A stretch of DNA of 63,996 bases, the filler included, from Dirinaria sp. TL-2023a (Eukaryota), in NCBI GenBank assembly GCA_051941275.1. It is 5 parts of 5 records of this genome, joined end to end, with 100 filler letters (N's around TTAATTAATTAA, not from the genome) between each part and the next. Parts side by side here need not be neighbours in the genome. Positions count along the whole stretch, not along the records: positions 39,661 to 52,765 come from JAVEBF010000713.1; 4 more parts are not named here. One strand, 5' to 3'. Positions within the stretch are counted from its first letter, which is position 1. Every line of letters starts with the position of its first letter. A program made the position numbers and the translations under genes. Below are positions 40,239-52,765 of the stretch, one piece after another. A model generated the notes under the pieces. It did no database searches. It was not told where the DNA came from and worked only from the letters and a program-made list of their open reading frames with translations.

Positions 40239-41557
40239 GAAATGCATTTGTCGCAGCTCGATCGCACACCAGTCGCATACGAACAAGCCTCTCAACCATC
40301 CTCGTCGCCAGTATCGCCTTCAATCGTCAACAGTCGAGGAATCTCACCTCCATCGAGCAAAGGTCCGGTAATTACATCCCGTTAAACCCCTCCAACCCTC
40401 TCCAGCCATACGGTTTCGCTTGACCCCGAACCAGCGCCTTAATCAGGCTTTGACCAGGCTTCTTTACTACCTACCTCTTGCACCAATCTAGAAGCCAATG
40501 GTGGTGCAAAAGCAGATACGGAGGAGCGCCGTTCGGAACCTATCGATATCGGTGATCAATCACCCACTGCCGACGGCATCTTCCCTCGCTTGTACAGCAT
40601 ATAATGGTAGCAAAGATTTTACAGATGTAAAGCTGCATTCTAAGGCAGAAAAGAAAACAAGAAAAAGGAAGAGGGGGTGCAGAGGACGTCATTGCGCGTA
40701 CGAGTACGAGTACCAACCCCAACAGCTGACAGCGTAACAGCCCGTCGGTGGCAACTTCGATGCGCTCTAGGCAGCAGGTAAAAGTATTAAGCCTCATCCT
40801 TTATGTGTATTGGGTGACAGCCCCTATAAGGGGGCCCTCAGTCGACCATCAATCAGTTGGTTGCGCTGTGAACTCGCGGCTCGGTATTGGATGATATCAT
40901 TGTAAAATATGTGGTTGTATAAGGTACCTTAAGGTAAGGTAGATACTTGTACTACTTTATGTTAGGGGAAAAAAGCCTCGGTGCGAGTTTTTGATTCTCG
41001 AATTTTTTTCATTACATATATATATATCACAAGGCGTTGATTTTGCCTGCCTTATACATATTGCTTCAGCCACTAGGGACGTGAGAAAATCAGGTTGCAT
41101 TGCACACACACAGGGCGATTCCCGACAAACTCAGCTCCCATGAATCCCTCACGAGCCCAGTCAAGCGCAGACCGATTGCTCCTTATTGTATGCGAGTCGA
41201 GCTCCAGATCGCTTTCTTCTCCCTGGAGTACAAAATTTGACCTCGAGTCCCCCCTGAAAGAAGCAGCCATCTCGCTTTGAGACGTATAGACTTGTGCTGA
41301 ACTCGCTACTTGTCTAATGGAAGAGTGTCTGTCGGAAACGGCGTTCGGCTGATTTGTCGCTATTCCGGCTGATGGGTCCGGACGATGACATGATCACACG
41401 CTGGGGTGTGTTATTTGTAGTCGAGGAGCATCGAAGATTCCGAATATGGATTGCGAGCTCCCTCTGGTATTCCAAACAGAATACCGGTCTCGGCTGTAGA
41501 CTATGCCTTCGGTGGTCGAGGTGCAGATGTGAAAACTACCCCTTCATGTCGTGTACC

Positions 41558-41875
41558 TTAGGTGGTCACCCAGGACGCGCACCGCCTGCAATAGTCGGAG
41601 CTCAAGCTGGGGCTCGCCAGGCCACTGCTGGTGGTTGAAGAGTCGGCGGCAACGCTCATCGACCTCTTACAACGCTGGCAGCGGACGAGTTCTATGGATG
41701 AAGAGGGAGACGCTGGAGTCGACGATCGTGGCGAAGCGGTTGGGCTTTCCAGTTTGGATATGCTTGTGAAACTTGTACTCGCTTCGCGTTGTCTGGCGTC
41801 TGGGTTTGGTTTTGCAGCTTTGTGGGCGACACTGGTCTGCAGTTGGAGGAAGCTCAAGGAGTTCCGGGCTGTCAT
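41558..41875 (-). CDS. Small Ser-rich protein with C-terminal CxxC...CxxC putative zinc ribbon
   Basis: MTARNSLSFLQLQT...VRCQRCKRSMS...SDYCRRCASWV; the pattern resembles a conserved uncharacterised Pezizomycotina microprotein. Confidence 0.55.
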   Translation of the reverse strand: MTARNSLSFLQLQTSVAHKAAKPNPDARQREASTSFTSISKLESPTASPRSSTPASPSSSIELVRCQRCKRSMSVAADSSTTSSGLASPSLSSDYCRRCASWVTT

Positions 41876-43760
41876 GTTGTTGTTGTTGTGGTCGGCTCCG
41901 AATTCATGCAAGGTGCCAGCTGTGGAGAACCGGGACTTTCATTCAATGATGTGTATCGTGTCGTGAACTCGATAGAAGTCTGAATGGATATTTGGTGGAG
42001 TCGATGCTGTATGGGCCATACGAAGCACGGAAAGAGATAAGAGATGAAGGATGCTGGGAGAAACAGCAAAGAGGAGGGGAAGGGCATCCATGATACATGT
42101 GAGCTATGGTAAACGTCCGGGGATGGGAATCTCGGATCTTCCGATTGTCGACGTACGTGTCGCGGGACTTTGTGGGCCGTTTGATTATTAGAGCATTCCA
42201 AGAGGTAGCACTTGGTCTGAAAATGTTTAAAGGGACATGGGCCGAGGGCCCGAGGGGCCTTCGCCGCCAATAAAATGGCTGCTGGTGGCTTCGGCTGTGC
42301 AAGCCCAGCCGCACCGAGCTTGCATGGCCGCGTCTGGCCCGATCAGATCGATGATCTTTGCGCCTCGGTCCGGATCTTCGGGCGCCGAGTTTCCTTCGAC
42401 CGATTTTATGTCTGCTCTTTGATTTTTACTTAAGTTGTGAAGAGGGTACAAAAATATCCGTAGTGTGAGTTTCACCATACATTCGTTGCGATCATGGTCT
42501 GGAGAGAAGTCACTAGAATATAGATCGTCGTGGAGATACAGTAGATTCGAGGGCGGCTTGTTCGAGAATATTATTGGCGAACTACTGTAGGCATGACATG
42601 AAAGGTCCCGATTGGGAAGTATATCTTGGAAAGCGACTCCTTCCGCGCACAGACGAATCTCCGTTTCAAGATGTCGAGCCGCGGTTTGCATGGGCTTACT
42701 ATAATGCATGCCGAACTCGTTCTTGTCTCTGTCCTTGTCCCATCTGAAGATCTGCCATTGTGATTTTCCGTAAAGTAATCGAATGGTGTGCACATGAGCA
42801 CTGGCATACAGAGATGACGTTTATAGATTCGAGGGCCCGGACTTCCGACGAGATAGATGGACGAAAGAAACAGCATGTATTATTATTCGAGCTACAGTTT
42901 CAGAAAGCGATCGATGGTCCAGCCATCGGCTTCTCCGGAAGCTTCCAGAACGTTTCCAGAGCTCCAAGAATTGCAATTTATGGGTCTGTTTCCGGCGTGA
43001 CGAATGCGGAAGAGAAACCATGGTAAGGTACAACTGATAGACTTTAATGACTTTATGCTGCTGGCAACGATGCAGTAGCTTAGATATGTTCGGACCATGG
43101 GCAAATGAGCGAGGCCCGACAGCTTATCTCAGTCGAATTGAAGCTTTGCATTTTTGATTTCGAAAAATTGAAGGTAAAAGGCAAAAATGATGTGCTACGA
43201 TGGCTACTTTTCCGACCGCGTGGTCAAATGAAAGTAAATACGTACGGCGGATGCTCCATTCCCAAATCACAAACTGGGAACATTGGGTGGGAAGCTTGGC
43301 AATGTCAGTTGTTAACCATCATCGAGTATTAAAAAGTGATGCGCATTTGAGGTACATTATTATGTAAGTAGACATGACGAGCGCCAAGCCTCAGCCGAGA
43401 TTTGGGGCAATGACGATCGATTGCGATTAACTGATCTGAGAAGATACAGTACGTTCTGTGCTATTCCACTGTTTAATAGCAATTTTCCAGTTGGTTAGGT
43501 ATTGATCTCAACATTGGGAGGTTCACTTTAGCCACGTCTTGGGTATTGTAATCTCACATCCACATCCCAAAGTAAGGGAAGGGCGAAATCGCAGTTGCCG
43601 GAGTATCCCCGGAACCTGGATTGCTTCATTGCCCCGCTATTTACCTTTACCTTACCTTACTTTACTTAGGTAAAGTACCTTACTTTAAGCCGACCCATCG
43701 ATTGAAACCCCACGTCATTCCAACTCAAGTTTTGTCCGACGACTTCTCACCTCAACCAAG

Positions 43761-44552
43761 ATGGGGAAGCAGCCGAGTCTCTACTCATTCGGCAATACTG
43801 ATACTTTAGCCAAATCGCTGCGCTCATACGTGTTGCAGTGTCAGAGTGCTGGCTTCGAGCGCCACGGCGCCTTCAAGGTCGCCGTGTCTGGTGGGTCTTT
43901 ACCCAAGACCCTTGCCAAAGCGCTTCTCGAGCCAAGCAATGGCAGTCCCGAGGACACGGTCGATTTCGCCAAGTGGGAAGTGTTCTTCGCGGATGAACGC
44001 GCCGTGCCATTGGACCATGAAGATAGCAACTACAAGCTTCTGAAGGATGAACTCTTGGACAAAATCCCGAGAGAGATGAGCCAACCCACGGTGCACCCCA
44101 TCGATGTCAAGTATCTGGACGACGTACAAGAGATGGCCGACCAGTACCAAGAGGAATTGATGCGATCGTTTGCCGCGAAAGACAGTGTCAAGCTTCCGCT
44201 ATTCGACCTCCTGCTGCTGGGCTGTGGCCCTGACGGACACACGTGCTCCCTGTTCCCGAACCATGAGCTTCTTCGGGAGTCCGATGCTTGGGTGGCGCCG
44301 ATCGAAGATAGCCCGAAGCCACCGGCGAAGAGAATAACTTTGACTCTGCCAGTGGTCACGCATGGTGTCAAGATCGCTTTCATCGCAACCGGCGAAGGCA
44401 AGAAGGATATCTTAAAGCAAATCCTAGACACGGATGAGGGTCGCAGCCTGCCGTGTGGCATAGTCAACGAGGGAGGAGCTGAGCGTGTTAGTTGGTTCAC
44501 AGATTCTAGCGCTGTGGAGGGAGTCGGCTTTCCGCGTCGTGGAAGCCTCTGA
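43761..44552 (+). CDS. 6-phosphogluconolactonase (Sol family), intronless
   Basis: VAVSGGSLP, FFADERAVPLDHEDSNY, FDLLLLGCGPDGHTCSLFP, DSPKPPAKRITLTLP. Confidence 0.96.
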   Translation: MGKQPSLYSFGNTDTLAKSLRSYVLQCQSAGFERHGAFKVAVSGGSLPKTLAKALLEPSNGSPEDTVDFAKWEVFFADERAVPLDHEDSNYKLLKDELLDKIPREMSQPTVHPIDVKYLDDVQEMADQYQEELMRSFAAKDSVKLPLFDLLLLGCGPDGHTCSLFPNHELLRESDAWVAPIEDSPKPPAKRITLTLPVVTHGVKIAFIATGEGKKDILKQILDTDEGRSLPCGIVNEGGAERVSWFTDSSAVEGVGFPRRGSL

Positions 44553-46020
44553 AGAGGGGTTACCGTCCTTTCTAGGTATGAAACGCCATTGCTTCTCAAT
44601 TTTCTTCCATCCATTGAATGCTTGGACGATCAGGAGACCCCCATTGGATGTCAGCTCTGCGTGTTCGTAGAACATGCAGTGGGGAACTACCGGTCCTCCA
44701 TGATCTGCTGGCATTCGCCTTTAGCCTGCGCCCATAATTTTCGCGACATTGTCTAAGAATTACGAGGGCTATCCCCGCAACATCTCACAGCATTGTATGC
44801 GGAGCACCGAATTTTTGGAGATTTCTCTCAACGGTGTGGATCCGCAGGGTTCTTAAAGGGTGTTTAAGGGTGGAGCAGGTGCGCTGAGGTAGAAGTAGCT
44901 TTGCAACTAGTCAGGCTCGGATGGTCAGACCATTGGTTGGAGACTATCCTAAATAGCGTTGATATGCGAGTGCTGGTCTCTCTGGGTCTGAACGTGGCAT
45001 GTACTGACAGGCGTCCGTTGCTAGTGCCTCTATGCAGCCGTAGAGCCTGGCAGCCTCTCTGATATCGCTGGGAGTAGGTACGAGTACTACTGCTGATTAA
45101 GATCCGATTTTCGAATGACTGATCGGCGCTAACGGCTTTAGCTAAGGTACGAGTACTCGTACTTTGTGCCTACTGTAGAGGTACCGTAATCCGGGTCTCC
45201 AGTAGGCAGATCCCTGGACGCACACACTAAATTTGCGGTCGGTAACCCTCACAACAGAGTCACATCTCTCTCCCCTTCTTGCCTTAGGTACCATTCAATT
45301 CTCTCCAAATCCTCCTATACTATGTCGAGATGGCTTTCGCAACGTCATGCAGAGCTCATGCGCATCAGCTTGCACATGGTCCAGTCAATCTCTCGCTGTG
45401 CTCAGCAACAGAAATCCGTCGGTGCCGGATGCAGTATCCGCATTTTAGACGTCATAACTGTATCCCGATCCATACCTTAGGTAAGGTACCTAGGATACCA
45501 CAATGGCGACTTTAGGTTTAGGTTTGGCCTCTCTACCGTATCTTTCCTTACCCCTTTCCCTACCTTACCTCAGGTAGTTTCGCTTTCTGATATATCGTTC
45601 CGGATATCACAAAGCAGTATCTTCCATATCATCAGTCAGTCTTCCAGTTCAAGTTTGCCCTCATTCACATGCTGCAAATATCTTATATGATGGAGTATGC
45701 CGCGATGTCACTTCGATCTTTTCCTTCTTGATACTGGCAAGAATTATATGTCTCAGCTGCTGTACTGCTACCTCAAGATCCATGCGCCGTTATCATAGCA
45801 GACGCAGATTCCTGATCTTATCGAACCTGGTTCGCCATTGCAAGTGCGGAGATCCCAAAGACTCACTACCCTGCGTCTGCTGTCAATCGTAGTACATTAC
45901 ATATCCGTTACCACGTATGGCTGCCTTGTCTGCGAACAGTGGGCCCAGTAGAACGGTCTACCCTACCGCCCACACACCGTACAGGAGAGGAATGTTTGAT
46001 TGGAACTTAATGAGCTCAGC

Positions 46021-47819
46021 ATGAAATATCGTCTGCCTGGATGGCTTGCAGAAGATGCATTCTGCCGGATCCGCGTTCTTGCCCTACACGTCGTTGAATA
46101 TTCCAAAGCTTTAGCTCCCCCCGCACTGTGTCAAATATATGTGTTAGGTTTTGAGCTCCCTGTTTGGGACGGTTGGTACGTCAGATACCAGGGTCTCTCC
46201 CATTATTTCCAGCAGCTGGAGAGGTCTTTCACACTACAACTTACTATCTGCATTCACTATAAGACTAGCGTTTCAAAGATGTTTTCTTTCTTTCTTTCCA
46301 CACTTGGCCGTGTCTCTACATTCAGCTTTTGCACTTGTTTTGCTTGGACATTTGCTCGTCCTTGACGGGCTGGTACCGCCCTCGTATTGGTGCTTGTTCG
46401 AAATCTGAGTTCAACGACAGACTGACTACGCAGATTACTGCGTGCTCACAAGAACAACCACGCCTTGAGGATTTCGATTAGGATTGCTGACATTTCAGCG
46501 TCTCCTGGGAGGCAATTGAACACCTTTATAAGGTATTTTGAAGAGACTCTCAGGAAGCTCGATCCACTTACTGGCATGAACAGCCCAAGATCTTATTTCG
46601 AACAATATTGATGGAGGATCATTCTCCGATGGCTAAACCTCTTCTCATAACATTCGGCGTATGTCACTCGCTCGAGCTTTACCAATGCTCCCATACGACT
46701 AACAAACCAAATAGCTGGCAGTTGATCCACCGAGCGGAAGAGCTCGCAAAGATTACTGGAAGGACCTTAAAGACTTCATACGACCATTCATCGATGAGCA
46801 ACCTGACTGGACAGAGTTCACAACTGATCCGACAATCGCAACGACGGAGTTCAAAACATTTAGACACGCCTTCCAAGCTTTCGGTACGAATATTCCTTAT
46901 TTTTGGAGTTGCTGATATTAACTCACATCGGATAGATGGAATGAACGGATGTCAATGGAATGGGACCATTCTTAGTGCTATACTATGCTACCCGGACGGT
47001 AGATGGTTGGTCCATCCTAGCACTGATGCAGAAAATGCAAAGCCACTGATCTATGCTGCTCAAAAACGGAACGCGGCATGGCTGCAGAGGTCGTTCCATT
47101 CTCCAGGTGGCTCTTCTGGACGGCAAAGAAACTTGTCATTTTCTTCGAATTCAAGTCAAGCAAGCAGCACGGGAGGGTTTTCGCCGCCTCCAGGATTCGC
47201 GGCCCTAACCGGCCAAAGAGCGGCTCAAATTGCAGCGCAGGTGCGGGCTCGAATTCGTGCTACCCTGCGCTCTGTTTGCGTTGACACGAGGACTGGCGAT
47301 TTCCTGGGTCTGGGCACAGGTTTTGCATACCCTCCTGACCAGCAGCCCAACCGCTACCGAACATTCAGGTACATGCAAGGGTTCTATCCACCGGAACTCT
47401 CAAGCCCAACCCCACTTCCACCGAGTTACGACTTCATTGTCGAACGTCGTACAATCATCATTCGGGAGCTCGGTTTCAATGTAACTGAGCAACAATTAGT
47501 GGAATGTCTTGCGTCTCAGCACTCAGAGGGGCCGTGCACGATCAGGCGGAATCCAGATACTCGGCGTTGCCATGCGTTCGTCGAGTACCCATCAAACCAT
47601 CAAGCTGTTGAAGCGGTCCGCAGACTGAATGGGCTTCGCTTGGCAGACAGGACCCTAAGCGTCGAGATTGCACCTGAAGGGAGTATAGTGAATCGGCGAC
47701 GCCACAGCCGTTCCAGCACGCTGGGCAGCCTTGACAGCGACACTTCTTCAAGCATAACAGCGGGATCGCCGAGGATGAACCGGCGCCATGGTCCCATCAT
47801 CGCCGATGGCTCGACATGA
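46021..47819 (+). CDS. Multi-exon protein with C-terminal RRM; 5' structure uncertain
   Basis: RRM at about 47450-47670: TIIIRELGFNVTEQQL (RNP2-like), CHAFVEY (RNP1-like), AVEAVRRLNGLRLADRTLSVEIA. Several GT..AG introns upstream. Confidence 0.6.
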
Positions 47820-49350
47820 CTCACTTCTATATCAAGCCTTCGTGGTTTATCTACATCAACTTGCACGAAAAACGTCACTTCTATTCGTTGCTGATGGGCG
47901 TATCTTGTATTCGGAGGTCTAATTGATCATACAAAAAGCCCTTCTTTTGGTCCATCCTCTTAGCACCTTGCGCTCATGCCAATCTCATCCGCGGCTTTTG
48001 CCGTCTGTCTTTAAAGTTGATATAGCTTGCTGCCAATCAAAAGTGTTTTTGTTGCACATCTTTACACTGTAGCTTGGCCATGCTGGCCTAAGGTTGTTCT
48101 AACAAATAACAGAAATCCAGACACCGTATCCGCAGTAGCAGGTTTCGCCTACATTCAATCATGTAAGAGCTTCAGGTCAACAATCATTAGTCAGCGCCAG
48201 AGAAGCCACTAGTTGGAAAAATGAACACAGCAATAAAGGTCCATTCCTATCCCACTAAATTCCCACATGTGAAGCGATGAGAATAATAATAGTCAGTCAC
48301 AGTATGTGTTTTTTCCTTATCCAATAATCAAAATACAGCATTAGAAATGTGTCTTTTTGTCTCCATCAAGTGGGCGGTGTATCAGAAAGGAAAATGTGGA
48401 GACATACAGACGGCTATTGTGAGAACGCCCAAAAATTCTCAATGAAGCCTGAAACTCTGGCCTTGTGCCCTCCTAATTGTAAGACTACGGGTGGGCATAC
48501 CAGGAGGGATTCGGTAAGGAGCGGCCTGGAAATCAATGGCTTGCTTGAGCTTTTGGCCCTTTTTTTTCTTGGATCTATCATCATCTCCCGGAGAAAGGGT
48601 GATATCAGGCCCGTTCGAACGGGCGCCCAAGCATAAGGTGATCTTACTAGGACAGTTTTGGGTTTTTTGATATGGTCGAGCCAGTGGAGGTGTTGGGACG
48701 TGCTTCATCCTGCAGGGTTCGGCTGAAGGGACTGCACATTTTCTTTTATTTGGGAGAACTTGTCTGTTTCTTTGGGGAAGGGCTTAATGTGAGTCTTTTA
48801 TTAGGCTGTCGAAAACGATGGGAACTTTGTAGACAGCGATGTGGAGCGCGTTACACTTGGGGGCTCCTAGGGTTGTTACCGGACGGCGAGAATTGCGTTG
48901 GCCGGGAGGTGCATGGTGGGAACTGTTTGGGATTAAGGAAATAGAAAAGGGTATCTTTCCATAGGAAGGATGTTGGTTAGGACTGCGTGGCATCCGCTTA
49001 CTATTCCAGTCCGAAGTGGCAATGGATAAAGGCACAAAGCGATGAGATAAGAGGCTCTTACTGAAAGAAGGCCATAGACATGTCCAAGTGCTGGATTTTC
49101 CTGTTGATTGAGGGCTTCGAGGTGCAAGTAGAGGGATGCTTATGCGCTGTATCTTGATGGAATGCGTGCAGAATGCGATCCAATATAAAACTGAAATGTT
49201 TGATAGGCAGGTCAAGGCTCTTGATGATTGGACGCAAAATAGCACCTTGCTCGTTTCTGAGCATTGACATGTTGAGCATAGGATTGCCAAACAAAATGAG
49301 GCGATACATTTTCCGCTCTGTCCAGAATTCACAGCCTATTTGAGAGGGTT

Positions 49351-49760
49351 TCACGCCTTCTTTTTCCCTGCCTGGGTCGCTTGTCTTTTCGCGGCCTTTT
49401 TCCGATTACTCCTTATCATGACCACGCTCAAAAAGCTTCCAACAACCGCTGATCCAAGTAATATTAAGATAACGGGTATGCGGATCGCCCAAACGCGCGG
49501 AGGGAAGAAATCGTGGAGAGGATGGCCGTTGTCAACAAAAGGCTTCGCGGCGTATTAGCAGCTATTCATCCTACACAGATACCAAAAATGAATGTATTAA
49601 GGATTTCGGAGGGAACGCATACCATCAGAAGAGTCCATGTTGTATAGTAAAGAAAGACTACAGTTGCAAGGGTGAGCATTGCAAGGCCAACGAGTTTGTC
49701 GAGCTAGCGATCAGATAAGCCAAAGTGCAGCCTTCTCATTGGCAATGGATTTGGTACCAT
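49351..49760 (-). CDS. DPM2: Dolichol-phosphate mannose synthase regulatory subunit Dpm2 (91 aa), absent from the ORF track
   Basis: Exons 49760-49758 (ATG only), 49703-49623, 49542-49351 give MLDKLVGLAMLTLATVVFLYYTTWTLLMPFVDNGHPLHDFFPPRVWAIRIPVILILLGSAVVGSFLSVVMIRSNRKKAAKRQATQAGKKKA. Confidence 0.93.
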
Positions 49761-50172
49761 CTTGATATTAGACCGAAAGGAGCGTGACGAAGGAGTGACA
49801 GATGGACCTTGAGCTCAATATTTGACAGGGGAAGGGGTGCTTGAGCTCGTGCAGATGCAGCAAAAAGCATAGAAATTCATGTGGGAGCATCAACGTTATT
49901 CCGTTTAGGGCTGAAGGTCCCTGAGTCCTGTTGGTGCTGAGGGTGCGGTCTCGGTCCGACTGATATTCCGAAGGATCACGGAGTTCGGACTACTGGACAA
50001 GGTTAGCGGCTTAAATAACTAACAAGTCACTTCTGCGCAACAAAATATTACTTAGGTATTTAGAAAGCCGCCAGGTTGTTCCCATCATCTTTCAACCTCA
50101 CAAGGAGCTGAGTACACCTGCGTCGGAACCCGACTCAGTTCCTGCCCCAACAGCCGGGAGACTCTTTTCACC

Positions 50173-52497
50173 ATGCAGTCAGCAGTCCGGCTCTCCACAC
50201 CGCCGCCGCCCGATGCTCTCGCGCCCAAAAAGCGGTCCCTGTCACGCTCTCCGTCACCCGTCCGTAGGGTGAGAGAGTTTCCTCTCCAAGATGTTGATCC
50301 TAATCCCACCCGCGCAGTCGACCGAAGAAGGCAGATGGCCGACCGTTCAATACCAAAAGCCCGCCCAGCTACACCATCCAAACCCAAAACTGACGAAGAA
50401 AAGCAAGCGATTGCGAAAGCGGAGTATGAGAAGCTTTTGAACATGCGGAGCGGAGGGACATACATCCCACCAGCTAGGCTGCGAGCTCTGCAGGCGCAGA
50501 TCACGGATAAGACGAGTAAGGAGTATCAGAGGATGGCTTGGGAGGCGCTGAAGGTGTGTATTGCTCCTGAGCATCTTGCTCTTGGAAAAAAACTATTTGC
50601 TGATTCGTGTGATCAGAAATCAATCAACGGTCTAGTCAACAAAGTCAACGTGTCGAACATCAAACATATTGTGCCCGAGCTGTTCGGGGAGAACCTGATA
50701 CGAGGACGAGGTTTATTCTGTCGAAGTCTGATGAAAGCGCAATCGCTCAGTATCCCATATACGCCCATCTTCGCTGCTTTGGCTGCCATCGTTAACACAA
50801 AGCTACCTCAAGTTGGTGAACTGCTGGTAAAGCGCTTGGTTGTGCAATTTCGCAGAGCATACAAACGCAACGACAAGGCGGTATGCTTGTCAGCCGCAAC
50901 TTTTATTGCCCACTTAGTCAACCAGCAGGTCGTTGCAGAGACGCTGGTGGCGATGATATTGCTCCTGCTTCTAAATAAGCCTACAGATGACAGCGTGGAA
51001 ATCGCAGTTGGCTTGACGAGAGAAGTGGGGCAATTCGTAGAAGAGATGAATCCGTTGGTGGGTAATGCGGTGTTCGACCAGTTTCGGAGCATCTTGCACG
51101 AACAAGACATCGACATACGGGTTCAGTACATGATCGAGGTACTATTCCAGGTCAGAAAGGACAAGTATAAGGATAATCCTGCGATCAAGGAGGAGCTGGA
51201 CCTTGTTGAAGAGGAAGACCAAATCACTCATCGCATCGGGTTAGAAGACGAGATTGATGTTGAGGATGGGAAGAACGTGTTCAAGTTTGATGATAAGTGG
51301 CAAGAGAACGAAGATGCCTACAAAGCTCTGAAGGCCGAGATCCTGGGAGAAAATGAAGGAAGCGACGACGAAGAGTACGAAAGCGGCGAGAGTTCCGATG
51401 ACGAGGATGCGCAAGAAGAACGCGAGATGGAGATCAAAGATCAGACTAACACGGATCTTGTCAATCTCAGGCGGACGATTTACCTCACTGTCATGTCTTC
51501 GGTTGACTTTGAAGAGGCTTGCCACAAGCTTATGAAAGTCAATCTACCTCCTGGAAAGGAAGAAGAGCTTTGCTCCATGGTGATTGAAATGGCTTCTCAA
51601 GAGAGGACTTATTCCAAGTTCCACGGGCTGATCGCCGAGCGGTTCTCTCGATTGAACCGGCTCTGGAAAGAACTGTTTGAAGCTAGCTTCGAGAAGTACT
51701 ACAGCACAATCCATCGCTACGAAACCAACCGACTCCGCAATATAGCCCGCCTATTCGGCCACCTCCTCTCCTCGGACGCTATAGGCTGGCATGTTCTCTC
51801 CATCATCCACCTCAACGAGGACGAGACCACCTCCTCCTCCCGCATTTTCATCAAAATCCTGTTCCAAGATCTTGCGGAGGCGCTAGGCATGCCGAAACTA
51901 CAGACACGCTTGAGAGACGACATCCTCCGTCCCAGCTTCGCAGGCATCTTCCCGGTCGACGAACCCAGAAACACCCGCTTCTCCATCAACTACTTCACCA
52001 GCATCGGCATGGGCGGCCTCACCGAAGAAATGCGGGAGCACCTCCAAAACGCGCCCAAACCAGCCCCCATCATGCCGCCTGCACGGGGAGTGTCCGAATC
52101 CCGCTCCCGCAGCTCATCAGTCTCAAGCTACTCCTCCTACTCCTCGTACAGTAGCTCCTCGCGCTCCGATTCCCGCTCCCGATCCCGATCGCCATCGCGT
52201 CACAGGAGGAGACCTCGCTCCGGTTCCATTACACCATCACCACCGCGCCCCAACGGCTACAGGAGACGCTCGTACTCCAGCTCTGTATCGCGCTCGCCGT
52301 CCCCTACTCCTCCCCGACGCAAAGCGCGACGAGCGCGCTCGACCTCGAGCTCGGTATCTCGCTCGCCGCCGCCGCCGCCACGGAGGCGGAGATCCTACTC
52401 CAGTTCGCCGTCACCGGTTCCTCCTCCTCCAAGGAGAAGGGAGCGGAGGAGGAGTTATTCAAGGTCGCCGTCGCCGCCGCCGAGGAGGGGGAGATGA
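50173..52497 (+). CDS. CWC22: Pre-mRNA splicing factor Cwc22 (MIF4G + MA3 domains, RS tail)
   Basis: SGGTYIPPARLR, YQRMAWEALK/KSINGLVNKVNVSNI, PTDDSVEIAVG, LRRTIYLT, IHRYETNRLRN, TTSSSRIFIKILFQ, RFSINYFTSIGMG; intron 50554-50616. Confidence 0.96.
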   Translation: MQSAVRLSTPPPPDALAPKKRSLSRSPSPVRRVREFPLQDVDPNPTRAVDRRRQMADRSIPKARPATPSKPKTDEEKQAIAKAEYEKLLNMRSGGTYIPPARLRALQAQITDKTSKEYQRMAWEALKVCIAPEHLALGKKLFADSCDQKSINGLVNKVNVSNIKHIVPELFGENLIRGRGLFCRSLMKAQSLSIPYTPIFAALAAIVNTKLPQVGELLVKRLVVQFRRAYKRNDKAVCLSAATFIAHLVNQQVVAETLVAMILLLLLNKPTDDSVEIAVGLTREVGQFVEEMNPLVGNAVFDQFRSILHEQDIDIRVQYMIEVLFQVRKDKYKDNPAIKEELDLVEEEDQITHRIGLEDEIDVEDGKNVFKFDDKWQENEDAYKALKAEILGENEGSDDEEYESGESSDDEDAQEEREMEIKDQTNTDLVNLRRTIYLTVMSSVDFEEACHKLMKVNLPPGKEEELCSMVIEMASQERTYSKFHGLIAERFSRLNRLWKELFEASFEKYYSTIHRYETNRLRNIARLFGHLLSSDAIGWHVLSIIHLNEDETTSSSRIFIKILFQDLAEALGMPKLQTRLRDDILRPSFAGIFPVDEPRNTRFSINYFTSIGMGGLTEEMREHLQNAPKPAPIMPPARGVSESRSRSSSVSSYSSYSSYSSSSRSDSRSRSRSPSRHRRRPRSGSITPSPPRPNGYRRRSYSSSVSRSPSPTPPRRKARRARSTSSSVSRSPPPPPRRRRSYSSSPSPVPPPPRRRERRRSYSRSPSPPPRRGR

Positions 52498-52765
52498 AAA
52501 TTGGAAGGTCGTTGCATACTTTGTGCGGGTCTCGATCAAATTTCGTTCAGAAAGCAAAGCTTTGTTCTTACATTAGTAATAGCATTGCTACGATTGATTG
52601 TATGACAAGATTAAAGTCCAAAAGAGAAATATCCAATCCAAAAAAAAAACATGCAATTTTGCTTCCTAATAACATCCCAATTCCCCCCCTTTTCCCCCAA
52701 ACAGAAACACGTAGGCTATTATTCTGATTCCAGTCCCCCATTTTTTTTCCCCCCCTTTTTTATCT

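Noticed and set aside
42227..43104. 188-aa minus-strand ORF and neighbouring fragments
   Set aside because: No recognisable motif or clear start; cannot distinguish a gene from a relic.
45511..45527. tttaggtttaggtttgg as a telomeric remnant
   Set aside because: Fewer than three imperfect units, and not the TTAGGG repeat.
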